The notes under the pieces are model-generated. The model did no database searches, was not told where the DNA came from, and saw only the letters and a program-made list of their open reading frames with translations. Below are positions 37,944-50,949 of a DNA stretch of 64,000 bases, piece after piece. Each line of letters opens with the position of its first letter. Position 1 is the first letter of the stretch. Position numbers and translations under genes: made by a program. Source of the stretch: Rhynchobatus australiae (taxonomy: Eukaryota); NCBI GenBank assembly GCA_034780895.1, contig JAUZTB010000057.1, forward strand, positions 27,731,410-27,795,409, given 5' to 3'.

Positions 37944-39304
37944 GTACTCACTTTGTATTCATTTGCCATTTAGTTCTCAGGCAAGGAAAGCAGTCTCTCC
38001 CCACATTCAGCATGGTTTCGGGCATCTCGCCTTCCATGACATTCATACTGCAGTAGAATTTGGAATCTGGCAGTGTGATGTTGTTTGGAATCTGTGGATG
38101 TAACTCCATTCTGCCTGTGGTGTCTCTGTGAGCAAGCCCTATGCAAACATCCAGCATGATAAACTGTTGTGCCTGGGTGTACTGGTGGGCTGGGAGCTCT
38201 GCTTAGCAATGGCCTTGAATGGTTAAATCTGTTTATAGCTTTTTAATTCTTCTTCCTAATGTTATCTCACTTGACTCTGTAATTTTGCTGTTAATGTTGA
38301 GTTTGAGTTACCAAGTCACTGAGACTACTTAACAAGCATTTGCTCCAGTTTACTCACATGGCACCGCATCGGCTGCTTTAGTCTTTAGCTTTGGCCATGA
38401 ATCACCTGTTGATCCTGTCAGTCCTAATAATGCACAATGCAGGGATATGAAGAGGAAGATCACCTCTGATAGAGCTATAGGCAGAATATGTTTGCAGAAT
38501 CACGGGAGGCTTTTTGAGTTTGTGCCTGCAATGTGCAGGAGCAATACGATTGCAACTCTTCAAGCGGTGGATCACCACCCTTCACAGGGTCGATTAGGGG
38601 TGAGCAGTAAGTGCTGGCTTTACCAACAGTACCTCCAAACCAAAAATGAATTTTAAAAATCCATCTGGGTGCTCAACATCATCACAGCCTCTGCATTTTT
38701 TCCCTTTCAAGTACTTACAGTTACCTTTTATGTGCAATGATTGAAGCTACTTCTACTAGTTTACCCATCAATGTATTCCAGATTGTAACCATACCCTGCA
38801 AAACAAATCCTTGCATTTACAGAACAAATTGTGTTGACTATTCACCTCTGCTGCTTCCAGTGCTTTGCTTTGTGCAATGATGTTCAAAATCTAGAGATGA
38901 GCAGTGATATTGTTACGTGTTTTGATGTACATGTGACTAATAAATAAATACCATATCTTAATTTTACTTTTTCAGCCTATTAATCAAGTTGGAGAATTAT
39001 GACATTTCCTTTCAGGGTTTAACTTTTAAGTTGGTCAAGTACTGAACTATTGCTGATTATTAAGAGCAGTTGAAAATGTTTTTATAATGTTGGATAGTCA
39101 GATAGAAATGAAATATGTAGAATTTAAAGCATTTTGTATAAAATGTGAGTCCAACTCTTACATGGGGGAGAAAGTGTCTTTCAGATGATAATGTGAATCT
39201 ACTTCCTCGTAACTATTCTCCAATTTTTTGAGCCACTACTAATTACTTGCCCTGTTTAAGAGACTGGATGGTAATTTTTCTTTAACTTCTCTCCCACTTT
39301 TCAG

Positions 39305-39527
39305 GCTCATACCATGTACCAAGTGGGTCTGATGGAGACCGATCAGCATATTGAGTTCTTCTGGACTGCACTGGAGATGTTTACACAGGAGGAACTCTGC
39401 AAGTTCATCAAGTTCGCTTGTAACCAGGAACGAATACCTTGCACCTGTCCGTGTAAAGATGGAGGTCCAGATACTGCCCATGTTCCACCATATCCGATGA
39501 AGATTGCTCCCCCGGATGGAGCTGCAG
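39305..39527 (+). CDS. HECTD4: HECTD4 exon (HECT C-lobe): AHTMYQVGLMETDQHIEFFWTALEMFTQEELCKFIKFACNQERIP...PPDGAA(G)
   Basis: tttcag acceptor, gtaatc donor; ORF 39314..39559. Confidence 0.95.
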
Positions 39528-39659
39528 GTAATCTGAAGGGTTTCTATATGCAATTCTGATGGGAGCTTTAAGAATTTTGTGCTGTAGTTGGTTGTGAAAT
39601 ATTACCCTTCGGTTTTTAGATAGGGACTGGCTAAGAGGAAGTACAAGGTCTATGGTAGG

Positions 39660-40140
39660 TTGAAGCTTGGTTAAACAAGTATTAAACAAGATTGGTGATC
39701 TGAAAGTGCAATTAACCTAATAGGGTTACAATGCCATGGGAATAACAGAGGTATAACTAAAAATGGACGAGAATGAGTTCTAAATATTCCTGCATGCAAG
39801 GTGTTCAGGAAAGATGGGGAAGAAAAAGATTGAGGGGACATGGGAGCAGTGATTAAGGGAGAATGTTGCAGGTACTGGAGAGAGAGAATGTCCTGGAATA
39901 AGACCATAAGATTATCGGAGCAGAATTAGGCCATTTGGCCCATTGAGTCTGCTCTGCCATTCAATAATGGCTTTTTCTTCTTCTCTTAACCCCATTCTCC
40001 CACCTTCTCCTTGTAACCCTTAACCTCCTTACCAATGAAAAACCCATCAATATCTGCCTTAAATACCCCCCAGTGACCTGGCCTCCACAGCCCTCTGTGG
40101 CAACGAATTCCACAAATGGCCATACACACATTGCCCTCTG
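39660..40140. mobile_element. Two abutting CR1 fragments (endonuclease-region piece on +, 3' tail on -)
   Basis: LNIPxxKVFRKD-like motif near 39780; gaccataaga...ggagcagaattaggccatttggccc tail from ~39900. Confidence 0.65.
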
Positions 40141-40364
40141 AANNNNNNNNNTAAGCCTCTCGGTGCTAAGGAAATTCTGGATTGACGTTAAATTTGGACC
40201 ATGACAGTCGTTCACAAATTCTGAATGAATAAAAAAAAACACGTGCAGGATATAAGGTGGATTTTATTTGCAAGAGTAAAATACCATGTGATCAAGAAGT
40301 TTGGTTAGCAGTAACCCGTGTCTTTTAACTTTGTTTTGTTTCTCCTTTCCACATTAATACACAG

Positions 40365-40501
40365 GTTCACCAGATTCCCGATACATCAGGGTGGAAACCT
40401 GTATGTTTATGATCAAACTTCCTCAGTATTCCTCACTCGATATAATGCTGGAAAAGCTCCGTTATGCCATCCACTACCGTGAAGACCCTCTCAGCGGCTG
40501 A
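40365..40501 (+). CDS. HECTD4: HECTD4 terminal coding exon: (G)SPDSRYIRVETCMFMIKLPQYSSLDIMLEKLRYAIHYREDPLSG*
   Basis: acacag acceptor; catalytic Cys in the ETCMF...LPxY motif; TGA at 40499-40501. Confidence 0.96.
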
Positions 40502-43500
40502 GCAGGTTGCACCTAGAATTCCCACATCCTTTCACAACACATGGTGATGCCCGAGAACCTCCTTAACCCTGCTTTTAAGAAAGAAAGAAAGGAATTGGGG
40601 TGGAAGTACGGATGGAATCCGAGCCATGGTCGGGAGCAGTTCATCCTGAACATGCCACGTGCAAAATGCTTCCACGCTGGTGCAAACTTTCTTTTTGTAA
40701 ATTTCCATTTCTATTGATGGACTAAAAATGGTGTGTTGCTGTCTTGTTAAGCAGCTATTCCAAGAGCGTACAGTGCTTTCGCCACAACAGCAGTGTACGT
40801 TACTGTAACTTTAAAACACAAACACTTGTGTTCAAACAGGATATTAGTTGATTGTAGGATAACTGTTTTATACTCATGATCTTAACTTTGGAGCAGAATT
40901 TTATCCTTTGTCAGGACAGAAAGAAAAGTGATTGCTTTTCCTTGTGAAAATTACACAGAAGGTACCAACATTCAGGATCAAGTTTGGCTTCTAAAATGTC
41001 AAATAAATCATGTGCATATTGGTGTGCAACAGAATTGAAATGCTCCAAAGTTAAAATGTTGTGATTGGTGTACAGGAAGGCTTATCTCTACCTATCTGCT
41101 AAGAAACTTTTAGTTATAGGTGGATAAGTATGAATCATGTGACCCTGGCTGCCTCGCCTTTTCTCCTTNNNNNNNNNNNNNNNNNNNNNNNNNNNNNNNN
41201 NNNNNNNNNNNNNNNNNNNNNNNNNNNNNNNNNNNNNNNNNNNNNNNNNNNNNNNNNNNNNNNNNNNNNNNNNNNNNNNNNNNNNNNNNNNNNNNNNNNN
41301 NNNNNNNNNNNNNNNNNNNNNNNNNNNNNNNNNNNNNNNNNNNNNNNNNNNNNNNNNNNNNNNNNNNNNNNNNNNNNNNNNNNNNNNNNNNNNNNNNNNN
41401 NNNNNNNNNNNNNNNNNNNNNNNNNNNNNNNNNNNNNNNNNNNNNNNNNNNNNNNNNNNNNNNNNNNNNNNNNNNNNNNNNNNNNNNNNNNNNNNNNNNN
41501 NNNNNNNNNNNNNNNAAGGGATCAGTTGCTGATATACAGTTGGTGGATTTGGCTCACCACTTTTGTATATCCACAAGTTAGCCTTTCAAACTACATCTTG
41601 TGATGGCTGGATAGAAAATCAGACTGTTACTCCCTGGGACTCTGTCGTATTAACAGATGACTAAGATGTGAGTGTGGCCTAGAATTAATTTTGTTTTCAT
41701 TTCCCAGTGTCTGCTTTCAGCAGAGTTGAAGCTGGCTTGCAACACAGATTGGAGCATGCATTATGCACTATAAAGATCAAGTCTAGTTGCCTTTTGAATT
41801 TCTTTATTAAATTCACAGTCCAAGCAGCAGCATGAACTCCAATTAATGAAAGATAAAACAATCCTGCTGTGGCTTTGATTTGATATTTGCTTTGAAAATA
41901 GCCCGAGTTACGTACAAATCTTCACCACACAGTCCAGTATAAACAAATTTTTATCCTGATTCAGTACGACTTGGTAAGCTTCTCAAGTTTTACTTTGAGG
42001 CCATTTTGAAATAATCTTTTATACTGTTTAATAATTATGCATGAAAGTTTCAGAACTCAGTGAACAGTAGCTTGGTTAACTGTATTGTAACTGTTACCCT
42101 TGGTGCCAATTGTTGTAGGGCACATTGACAACTGTGCTACTTGAGGTGACATTGCGCTGGTGTCATGATTTGGTATTGTTGCTCATCATTCCCAATGCTT
42201 TCATCCTAGTCATTTAGTTTAGTTGTGTTGAGGTTTGAAGGAGGGGAGTTGGGGAGAGATAGAAAGCACATTATCAGGAGTGAAATGGCTAGCAGAATCA
42301 AATCGGGTAATCTGCACGGACCAAGAGACATTATAGTTTATGGGAAGCAGAGTTGAGATTACCCCTCTTTGCATTTCTAAATGATTGGGAGAATTTACTG
42401 CTATCTGATTTAGNNNNNNNNNNNNNNNNNNNNNNNNTTAAATGGAGAATATTTCCTGTAGAGGTCATAAATTTAGTTCTTAATTAGAATTCTTTGAATT
42501 TCTGAATGCTTTCTCATATTTGAGATGAAGACCTGTATAGAGGAAAGGTGTGTTAACATTGAATTTGGCAGTGTGATGTATGTGTGGTGTTGGCTAATTA
42601 GACTTCAATTTTATGTATTAAAAATATTTAAGTTCTTCTGCCCCAAATGTGGGCTTAAATTCATGGCTGCTTTAAAGTGTTTTAATTTTACATTAATGTA
42701 GTTCATGGACTGGCTGGGTAAACATGTGAATTGATCCAGTAGCCAAGACAACCTTGGGTTGAATTGGAAAATGAGAGTTGGAAGGTAGAACAATGACCTC
42801 TTGATGTTTTTGTCCTGGTGGGTTCCTAATGTTTATGAAAGGGGGTGGGAGCCATGTGTTATGTAGAAGCCTGTGTGGAACCTCAAATGCATTACTGTAA
42901 ATCCAAATCTATCCTGGCAAATAATCCCAGCATTCCTTATAATAGTCACTCATTCTACTTTTTAAAAACAAAATTGAACTGTGAAAATGGGGTTGACAAA
43001 GTAAGGATTTTGTTTTAATGCAATACCCACTAACCTATCAAGATTACTTCTAAACTTGAACTAAAACTACCTTTTAAAGCTATCCTGGGTTTGATCAGGA
43101 GCACGTTTATGGAATTAAGAGCTGAAGTCACAAATGCTTGGGCAGTTTGCAGAAAGCTGTTGGTACTGGCTATCAAGCACATGGCTGAGAGGCAAGAGAG
43201 CAGGAATAGTCTCAAGGGCCATGAATGTTTCTGGATTTATTCCAGCTATTTGTAGTGCAGGATGTTTGTTTTAAAGCTCATAGTAGGAGGTTTGAGGAAT
43301 ATGCAGCTTCTGGATATCTAGTGTAATGTAATCTATTATAGGGTGTAGAGTGTATATCATCTTTTGCTGTGCAATGGTCAGATGGCCTGCAAGTATATAA
43401 GTGAAGGCCCTGTTCAATAACTGAGTGAATGAAGGTTTTGTGTAATCATAGTTGTTCGGCAGACAGAGTGCAGAGATCCACTGCAAGTGTTGGTGCTTAA

Positions 43501-44270
43501 TTTAATTTTTTGTGTTTTTGCATAAATTATACACAGTACACATGCAAATTCTGGAATGAGATTGCTGTGAAATGTTGAGTGTAGACACTGGACTGGTTGG
43601 TGAATGTCAACTATGAAACAAGATTGAACTGATTGGGATAAATAGACTGAGAATCAACAGGAACAAGGTTTTATTTACCAATACTTTTTATTGTAAGAGT
43701 TATGCCCTTGTAACATATTAACCCCTCACTTCCAAAATCAAAAAATGCTATGACATGAGTGCATTTGATAGGCCAGACTCAATCTGGAATTTTCCTGCTT
43801 TAAAAGAAACTGACAGGAGACAACTCAATCCCATGCTTAAATCAGAAATTTTCTATAATTTCATGGAGTTCAAACAACAGCATGTCCAGCTGTTTCTTTT
43901 AGACAGATGTGCATTATAGTGTTGCTTGAACAATCATTTGCCCTTGTCCTCAGTTTATGCTGATACCTGTGTGGATCTGGCTCTTTGTTCCTGCCCTGTT
44001 AGAGTGATGTGCTGGCTGTGGTGATGTTAATCTGCTGCTACAACTGCTCCATTTTACTGAGAGCAGCCAGATAAAGTTTAATTTTTAAAGACATATCAAC
44101 ATACAGGTGTTAATGTGCTCTGTACAGTCATTGATGTATATTTATTGCAATTATTTATGAATGCATCTTAAAATCATCTGTAATGTTGATCTTGTCTGCA
44201 GTGGTACTTAAAGCAGTGATGTATGAATGGGAATTACATTCATATTAAAGAGCTGAAACAGATTTTGTTC
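40502..44270 (+). other. HECTD4: Probable HECTD4 3'UTR (~3.7 kb)
   Basis: repeat-poor, U-rich on +; AU-rich block near 44130-44160 followed by ATTAAA at 44244 and U/GU-rich downstream sequence; the end is inferred. Confidence 0.55.
44244..44249 (+). terminator. Candidate polyadenylation signal ATTAAA for HECTD4
   Basis: hexamer followed ~20 nt later by ttttgttctaatgttct; composition turns purine-rich after ~44300. Confidence 0.5.
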
Positions 44271-44644
44271 TAATGTTCTCATTGCAAGGAACAAGTATTT
44301 TTACATAGGAATGGAGGAAGCAAAATCCATGAGCTTAAATATCTGAAATGGGTAGTGCAGGTGAGAATTAGGCTGATAGGTCAGAAACAGAGTGCTAAAG
44401 AGAACAGCAATCAACACCACAAAGTTTGGAAGATATCTTGAAGTGTGACTGAAGGGCAAAAGGAGAGAACCAGAGGGTTTACTTGAAGTGCAAGGGAGAG
44501 GGAGCATGAAAAGACAGCCAGCACTATAAAAGGCAAAAATGCATAGTCCAATTTGGCACTTAAAATTACATTAGTGAAAATTTGGTCTTGCATGNNNNNN
44601 NNNNNNNNNNNNNNNNNNNNATACATTTCCACCCAACACATTTC

Positions 44645-47600
44645 ACAAGTCATAAGCATAATCTCATTTATTATACTGTAAATCAATACAGTTACATCTG
44701 TCTAATTTAAAAAAAAATCAATTTCACACAGTTGAATGTGCTGCTGATAAAAACTACAATAGTATGAGACAATCTTTATCTATTTAAAAGGATAGTTCAT
44801 CATAAAGCTCAGTCTACACCATGTGGAACGTGATTGTGTACTTTTCTGCCAAACATATCCATGCCTAAGCTAATTCAGGGGACATCAAGGCAGAGCATAT
44901 GGAGCACATTTCAGGTTTTAAAGCAGCAATGGGGGAAGATAAATGTTAGTGGTAAAGATCAAAGTGCTGGTGGAATAAAATTTTTAAAAAGTCATGAGGT
45001 AAATTCAGGAGGGCCACTAAAATAAACTGCAGTCTTACCAGTGACTGGAAGTTCTCTGCTCTCCTTGAAACATTTCATCAACCAGGATCATTACTGCACC
45101 ATTTATTTCTCCACTCCCCAGTTGAGAATCATGGGTATACATTATCACCACCAACATTTCCTTCATCTAACAATATTCAGGGAGTTAAAACCGTACAAAT
45201 CAAATTCAATTAGTATAAATTTAAACAAAAAGGAATTGATCCTAGTTGAGTTGCTTTGAGGAATGCACTACTCCAAGCTGGAAAGCCCCACCTCCTACTG
45301 ATGGGTGTACTTAAGAATCAAGAAAATTAGAGGTAGGTGAAGAGGGGAGAAAAACAGTTTTGTGCAGCATACTGCAAGGTGTCCAAGCTAATAACATCCA
45401 CACAAGAATTGAGCCTAATTACAATATGGATATAAAAACTGTGGTTGCTTCATGAGCTTAATAGGCAGAGGAAAATGAGACAGTGAGTTACAACCTTTCA
45501 GAAAGGGAACATAAACCACAACAGTTGCTATCTACTCCTGGCAACTTGAGACCACACCACTGCCAGTGTTTTCTGCAATGGATTGGCAAGGTCTTTAGGG
45601 CAAAAGCAATTTCCAACCTTACCGCGAATCAACTAATCTGATGAACAAAAAGTATAGTCTAATTAAAAGCAACACAACTTCAATGGTCTCCCCAGTATTT
45701 AAACATGGTCAAGTAGCAAGAGGCAGTCAATCTGGGAGTATGTAATATTTAGTTTGAACAGAAGTATTTCTGAATATACCTTGCATTTTGAAATGAGTAC
45801 ATATTCTCAGCAAAGATGCTTAAAACCATGAAAACATTTGGAATGAACATTTAACTACTAGATTATTTACAAAGTTTTAAAACGTCCTTCAATTTTTCCC
45901 ATTGTGGAATCAGTAAGACTAACTAACATCTGATTCCAATCGAACAAAAATTCTTCACACAGTCCTTAAGCATAGCTTCCACCTCCAATGACAATTTTAT
46001 AAATCTAAAGATCTCCTAGTTCAATATAAAAAGTGCTTACAAATCTCCCTTTACCTGACCACAATAAGAATGGTTACCGGTTATTTTAATGGGAATTACT
46101 ACTCTGGGAAGCAAGAGGTGTCCTTTTTTAAAAAAAAAGCAAATTGGTTAACTAAATAATTGTATTTACTCCAACACATTTAACAGGTTGCAACAGAGAC
46201 ATGCTTACACTATACCCAAAACAGCAATTCTACAGTATAACCACAAATATAACTTATGAGCAATTCATTTCTATGTATGGACCAATATAAACTGTGTGTT
46301 AAAATGGCTCATGCCCATTAGAACACATTTCTTATTTGCAAATGGGCAAGGCTATTCCAAGACAAGCAAGGAGAAAATTATCTTATCTTTTCTGCTTCCG
46401 CAAACCCTTTCTTGAATATGCATCTTCCTAATGCTGCAAAGAACAACTATGAACTTGGTTAACTGCTTTTCACTCTTCTCATTGCTAAGCACCACAATTA
46501 AGCCTGCATTTTTCCACTTTTCTTCAGAGATCTTGAAATTTACTTGCTCTCACTTAAAATGTTGACCTACAGGTCCTCCTCTTCTCTGGCCCACCCCCAC
46601 ATAACCTATCCCACAAGAGTAATTTCAGCACAATATCAGCTTCTGAACCATGCAAGACTAAAGGTGGGGGGGTGGGGGAACAGGGAGTAGCTGGATGGTC
46701 CAGTTTTGTTTTTAAACCAATTCTAAACTGCTACTATTAAAACTTCCAAATACACTAATTTCTTCCAGCAATCACAGTCATAGTACAAGGTTCTAAATTC
46801 TAACCCACAATTCTTTTCTAAATAATCTTTTAGAAAGATAAATGCATTTCTAATATATTTCCCCATATTACATTTTAATTGCTATCTGTGCAAGTCTAAT
46901 TCTGAAACAACTCTCAGATATTTTAAAAACATACAGCCTACAGGCCTGCTGGATATGGAATCTCAAATTACACAATATATTAAAGCTTTTACAACATTGC
47001 AATGTTAAAGATAGTTCATTGATAAATCTGTACTGATCACAACTGGTGATCAATGCATAGTATTTGAGGAAGGCTGTAGCATTAAACAAAGAATGAACGC
47101 ACAGGGGATGCAATGTAGGATAAGCAGTCAGAAGAAGCAGGTTGCAAAGCAAGAAAGGTGCAGAAATGGAGCATGATATACACAGAAGAATGAGCAAGCA
47201 GTTTGAAAGAGCAGGGCAGGAAAAAACTCAAACAAAATGATAATGCAGAGGTTTACACACACCCCCAAAACAACCAAAAAAAGTTTTTAGGATTCATGGA
47301 TATGTAAAATGTCAGGATGGAGCCAAAATCCTAGACTACTTGACCTCTTCCAAAATGTGTTCAAAGGTTGGGATGTTTCTGATGGCTGAACTTTTCACTA
47401 GCCCTTTTCTATTGATTTGATTACTTAAAACCATATCCTCGGAATGTTTGGTAATGCTGTGAGTTTTCACAGCACGTCCTGTTGAAATGGAATGAGATGT
47501 GCTAAATAAGCTTTAGGAGTTTTCTTCCCCAAACTGACACTCATCCGCTTGCATAAATTTGCAAAATTACCTCCAAGATCCTTTCAGTGCACAAAGGATT

Positions 47601-48180
47601 ATAAATCCAAGTAGCCAAATTACAGCATTCCAGACTTGAGTTCAACAACTGCGGATAATTCTGCTATTCCCATTTCTTCAGGCCCATCTCCAGTTTCTTG
47701 CCTCTTATGTAGCCTTGTTTGCCCCGCCCCACCACCTCTTTCCCCATTTAATGTCTTCCACTCCATCACACACTTTCCCTTTTACTCATTCTCCCCTTCC
47801 CACTTCCTCTGCATCATACAAACTTTTCTATCACCAGCCTCTTAGTTCTAACCTGAAACATCACCTCTCCACAGCTGGTACATGATCTGCTGGACATTTC
47901 CAGCATTTTTCATCTTAACCTTCAAACTTAAACATCTATTCACTTTTTTTTTTAGTTATTATGTGACAGAGGGCTCAAAAGTGAGCTCACAATATACAAG
48001 TCCATGTAGCATAAAAATCAATGAAAACCAAGTTAAAAGGAAATAAAAACACAATAGCACTTAAAACACAATTAGATAAATATTTTCTTTGCATAGGAAG
48101 AAAAGAAAAGTCCTGAGTTTAGGATTGATGATAATTTAGTAGTTGGACAGCTTTGAAATGTATAATTCAGTCCCATTTTG
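44645..48180 (-). other. TRAFD1: Probable TRAFD1 3'UTR region (may contain an intron)
   Basis: A-rich on + (U-rich on -), largely repeat-free over 44650-47480, lying between the stop and AATAAA. Confidence 0.45.
44667..44672 (-). terminator. Candidate polyadenylation signal AATAAA for TRAFD1
   Basis: tttatt on +; GU-rich sequence (tgtgttgggtg) downstream on -; ends a long tract that is U-rich on -. Confidence 0.5.
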
Positions 48181-48231
48181 TCACTCCTCTTCCTTTCCAG
48201 CATTTTCTGGCCTAGTTTTCGGGAAATTCTG
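48181..48231 (-). CDS. TRAFD1: TRAFD1 terminal coding exon: QNFPKTRPENAGKEEE*
   Basis: pyrimidine tract + tgcag acceptor (NAGNAG), phase 0; short exon with an acidic tail like human TRAFD1 (...GDAEEEEEE, recalled). Confidence 0.72.
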   Translation of the reverse strand, partial: QNFPKTRPENAGKEEE

Positions 48232-48419
48232 CTGCAATGGAGAAAAAGACATGTGTTTAAACACGTGTTGAGTTTTGATGAGAGGTTACCAACCCATTAT
48301 GTCAACTTCATTTCCTTCACAAACTCTGCCTGACCTGCTGAATATTCTGCTTTTATTTCAGATTTCCACTATCAAAGGGTTTTGCTTTAAATCACATTGA
48401 TTACAAGTAAAAGAAATTT

Positions 48420-49410
48420 ATCACAAAAGGAAATCATTTGACCCACTGTATCTGTCAGTGGAAAGAACCAGCCAGCCTGACCCCCACCTTCCGATACTAG
48501 AGCTGTAGTCCTGCAGATCACAGCTCTTCAAGTACACGCCCAAGTAGTGTTCAAATGTGATGAGGGTTTCTGCCTCCACTAATCCTTCAGGCAGTAAGAT
48601 CCAGATCCCTAGCACTCCATGAATAAATTTTTCCATTTCTCCCCTGTAATCCCTGTTTTTTTTTATTTCTTTGCCAAGGGAATCAAGATTTCCTATTTTT
48701 CATATCTGAGCCCTCATTTATATCCACCTCAATTAAATCTCCCCTCAGTTCCTAAGAAAACAGCTTTAGCTTTGTAAATCTTTCCTCACAGCCACAATTT
48801 TGGATCCTGGTAATATCTTCCTAATTTTCTTCTGAAGCCACATCTTTCCTGTGATGTGGAGACCAGAACTATATGTAGTACTCAGGCAGAGAGTGTTCCT
48901 TGGCAATTAGTAACACATTCCCTTCAATGTGCTGCAGCATAATTCTATTGGTCAGCAATATTCTCTGATAACAAAACAGTTAATCTTTATTTGTAAGCCC
49001 AGTACATATTTGCAAGCAAATCACCCAGTATCCATACAAACAAACTTCACACCAGGGACCACTGGCTAGCGATCAACCACAGGAACCCTTCAAGGGAACC
49101 AAGACAAGTACATTAGTAATCAGACAGATATTTGACCTCCCAAAGCTATACGACTCAATTCCACTCTAAGTGAGCCTCAGGAGAAATCAAAATGAATGAG
49201 ATCTTTAAATCCAAAGACAGCGGTTTGGCAGGTTGGACAACTTTATTCCTTGGACCATAGGAGACTGCGGAGTGACCTAAAACAGATACATAAAATCATC
49301 AGGGGCAATAGATAAGGTGAATGCAAATTCTTCCCAGGGAAAGGCAATCAAAAACAAGAGGGCATTGCTTTAAGGTGACGGGAATGATTTAAAGGTGACC
49401 CAAGGGGAAA
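48420..49410. mobile_element. CR1 3' fragments (48420-48890 on -, 49220-49410 on +)
   Basis: LPEGLVEAETLITFEHYLGVYL in ORF 48421..48636; aaaacaagagggcat..tttaaggtg motif near 49350. Confidence 0.65.
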
Positions 49411-50010
49411 CTTGATAAAAGAAATAGGCCTGAAACTTTGCAGTGGCATTTTTATTTTAATGCCTGATTGAAGAACATTATGGGTATGGACAGCAAAAGA
49501 AATTTAACTCTTGTGCAGGCAATATAATGCAAACTCAAATTTCACGTCACTTGGAATTGGTAGATTGACAGAAAAAAATTGACTGCCTTGAGAAAATATG
49601 TAGTGCCTATAACTTTCTGTACCTTTGTTGGTCACGCAAAGGGACAAATTTTTAAAAATTAAGTGCATAGGGAACTGTAACCAAGGCAGACACCTAACTA
49701 AAGTGGAAGAAGAAGATATGCAACTGTGAGCTTGGCCTAGACTGAAATCTTTCAATTAGAAACTCCTTTTCAGCTTCTGCTATGTGGTTAAGTTCAGTCC
49801 ATTTGTTGTTTCTAGGATTTGTTGACACCTCATTCCTGTGTGGAATAAGATTGTGATTAAAAACCTGCATAGCAGAAAAGGTAAAAAAAAAACTACTAAT
49901 AAAACAAAACTGCCAATAAAACATTATAGAACTACTTCACTTTCATTCTTCTCTTTATATTTTGCATTAAACTTTAATCAGAAGTGATTTCCTTCAGAAA
50001 TATTTCATAC

Positions 50011-50086
50011 CTTTAGTCCTGGAACTCGGCTCCTGGAGGCAGCAGAAATTGTATTCCTAGAAATCCTAGATCCTTCTGCCGTCATA
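50011..50086 (-). CDS. TRAFD1: TRAFD1 exon: (S)MTAEGSRISRNTISAASRSRVPGLK
   Basis: tttcag acceptor, AAG|gtatga donor, phase 2-0; resembles human SGRSEGGRNSR...RTAK (recalled). Confidence 0.8.
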
Positions 50087-50949
50087 CTGAAAGACAGACA
50101 GAGGCCTTACAAAAGAGACACCAAGAGTGAACACACAAATTTTGGTCCTACTGACCCACAATCCTGTAGAATGTAGAAGTTGACCCAGCAAGATCAGAAT
50201 CAGAGAGCACTGTTTTCAGCAAGATCGGTCCTTTTCCTATATTGTGCATGCTCTAAAGTTCAAGTTTTATCATCTAAAAACTTTCACACAGGGATCTTCA
50301 AATAAATTGATTCATTTCCATTGGAATCGTCTACCTGCATATTGCCATCATGTCTCCTTTCAGTATAGGTTAGATTCAAACCAAGACCTAAATGAATCTG
50401 CACTGCTGTGTGAAATTCTAAAATTCAATTTAAGTGTTTAAACTGTATTGCTCTTAGCTATGCAGCCACACATGTTGTACATGAACTTGCAAGCCAGCTC
50501 TGTGACAATATGAAAGCAGTTTACTCCTGCTGAGGGTACTCGGTATAATTACTATGGATAAAGACAGTGCTGGTCTTTTATTTTTCTAAAGAGTGCATGG
50601 CTGCTGGGGCAGAAAATAAATTCAAAACCTAAAATACACTTACAGCATCAAACATTGAAGGTGAGCCAAAACATGCAAGATGTTTATCTTTGTGGTTACA
50701 AGTGAATCCCACATATAAAAAGATTTACAACTTTTTAAGCCCTCNNNNNNNNNNNNNNNNNNNNNNNNNNNNNNNNNNNNNNNNNNNNNNNNNNNNNNNN
50801 NNNNNNNNNNNNNNNNNNNNNNNNNNNNNNNNNNNNNNNNNNNNNNNNNNNNNNNNNNNNNNNNNNNNNNNCAGTCTCGTGTCTCCTCACAATCTTCTAC
50901 TCCCTCTTCTCCTGAAGATTGAGTCTTATTATTTCACAAGGCAGACTGG

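Noticed and set aside
40499-40520. Stop-codon readthrough or selenocysteine at the HECTD4 TGA
   Set aside because: Context TGA GCA is not the CUAG readthrough motif, an in-frame TAG follows after four codons, and no SECIS was recognised
46663-46685. G-rich run with G-quadruplex potential
   Set aside because: It is C-rich in the TRAFD1 transcript sense; an isolated short motif with no other support
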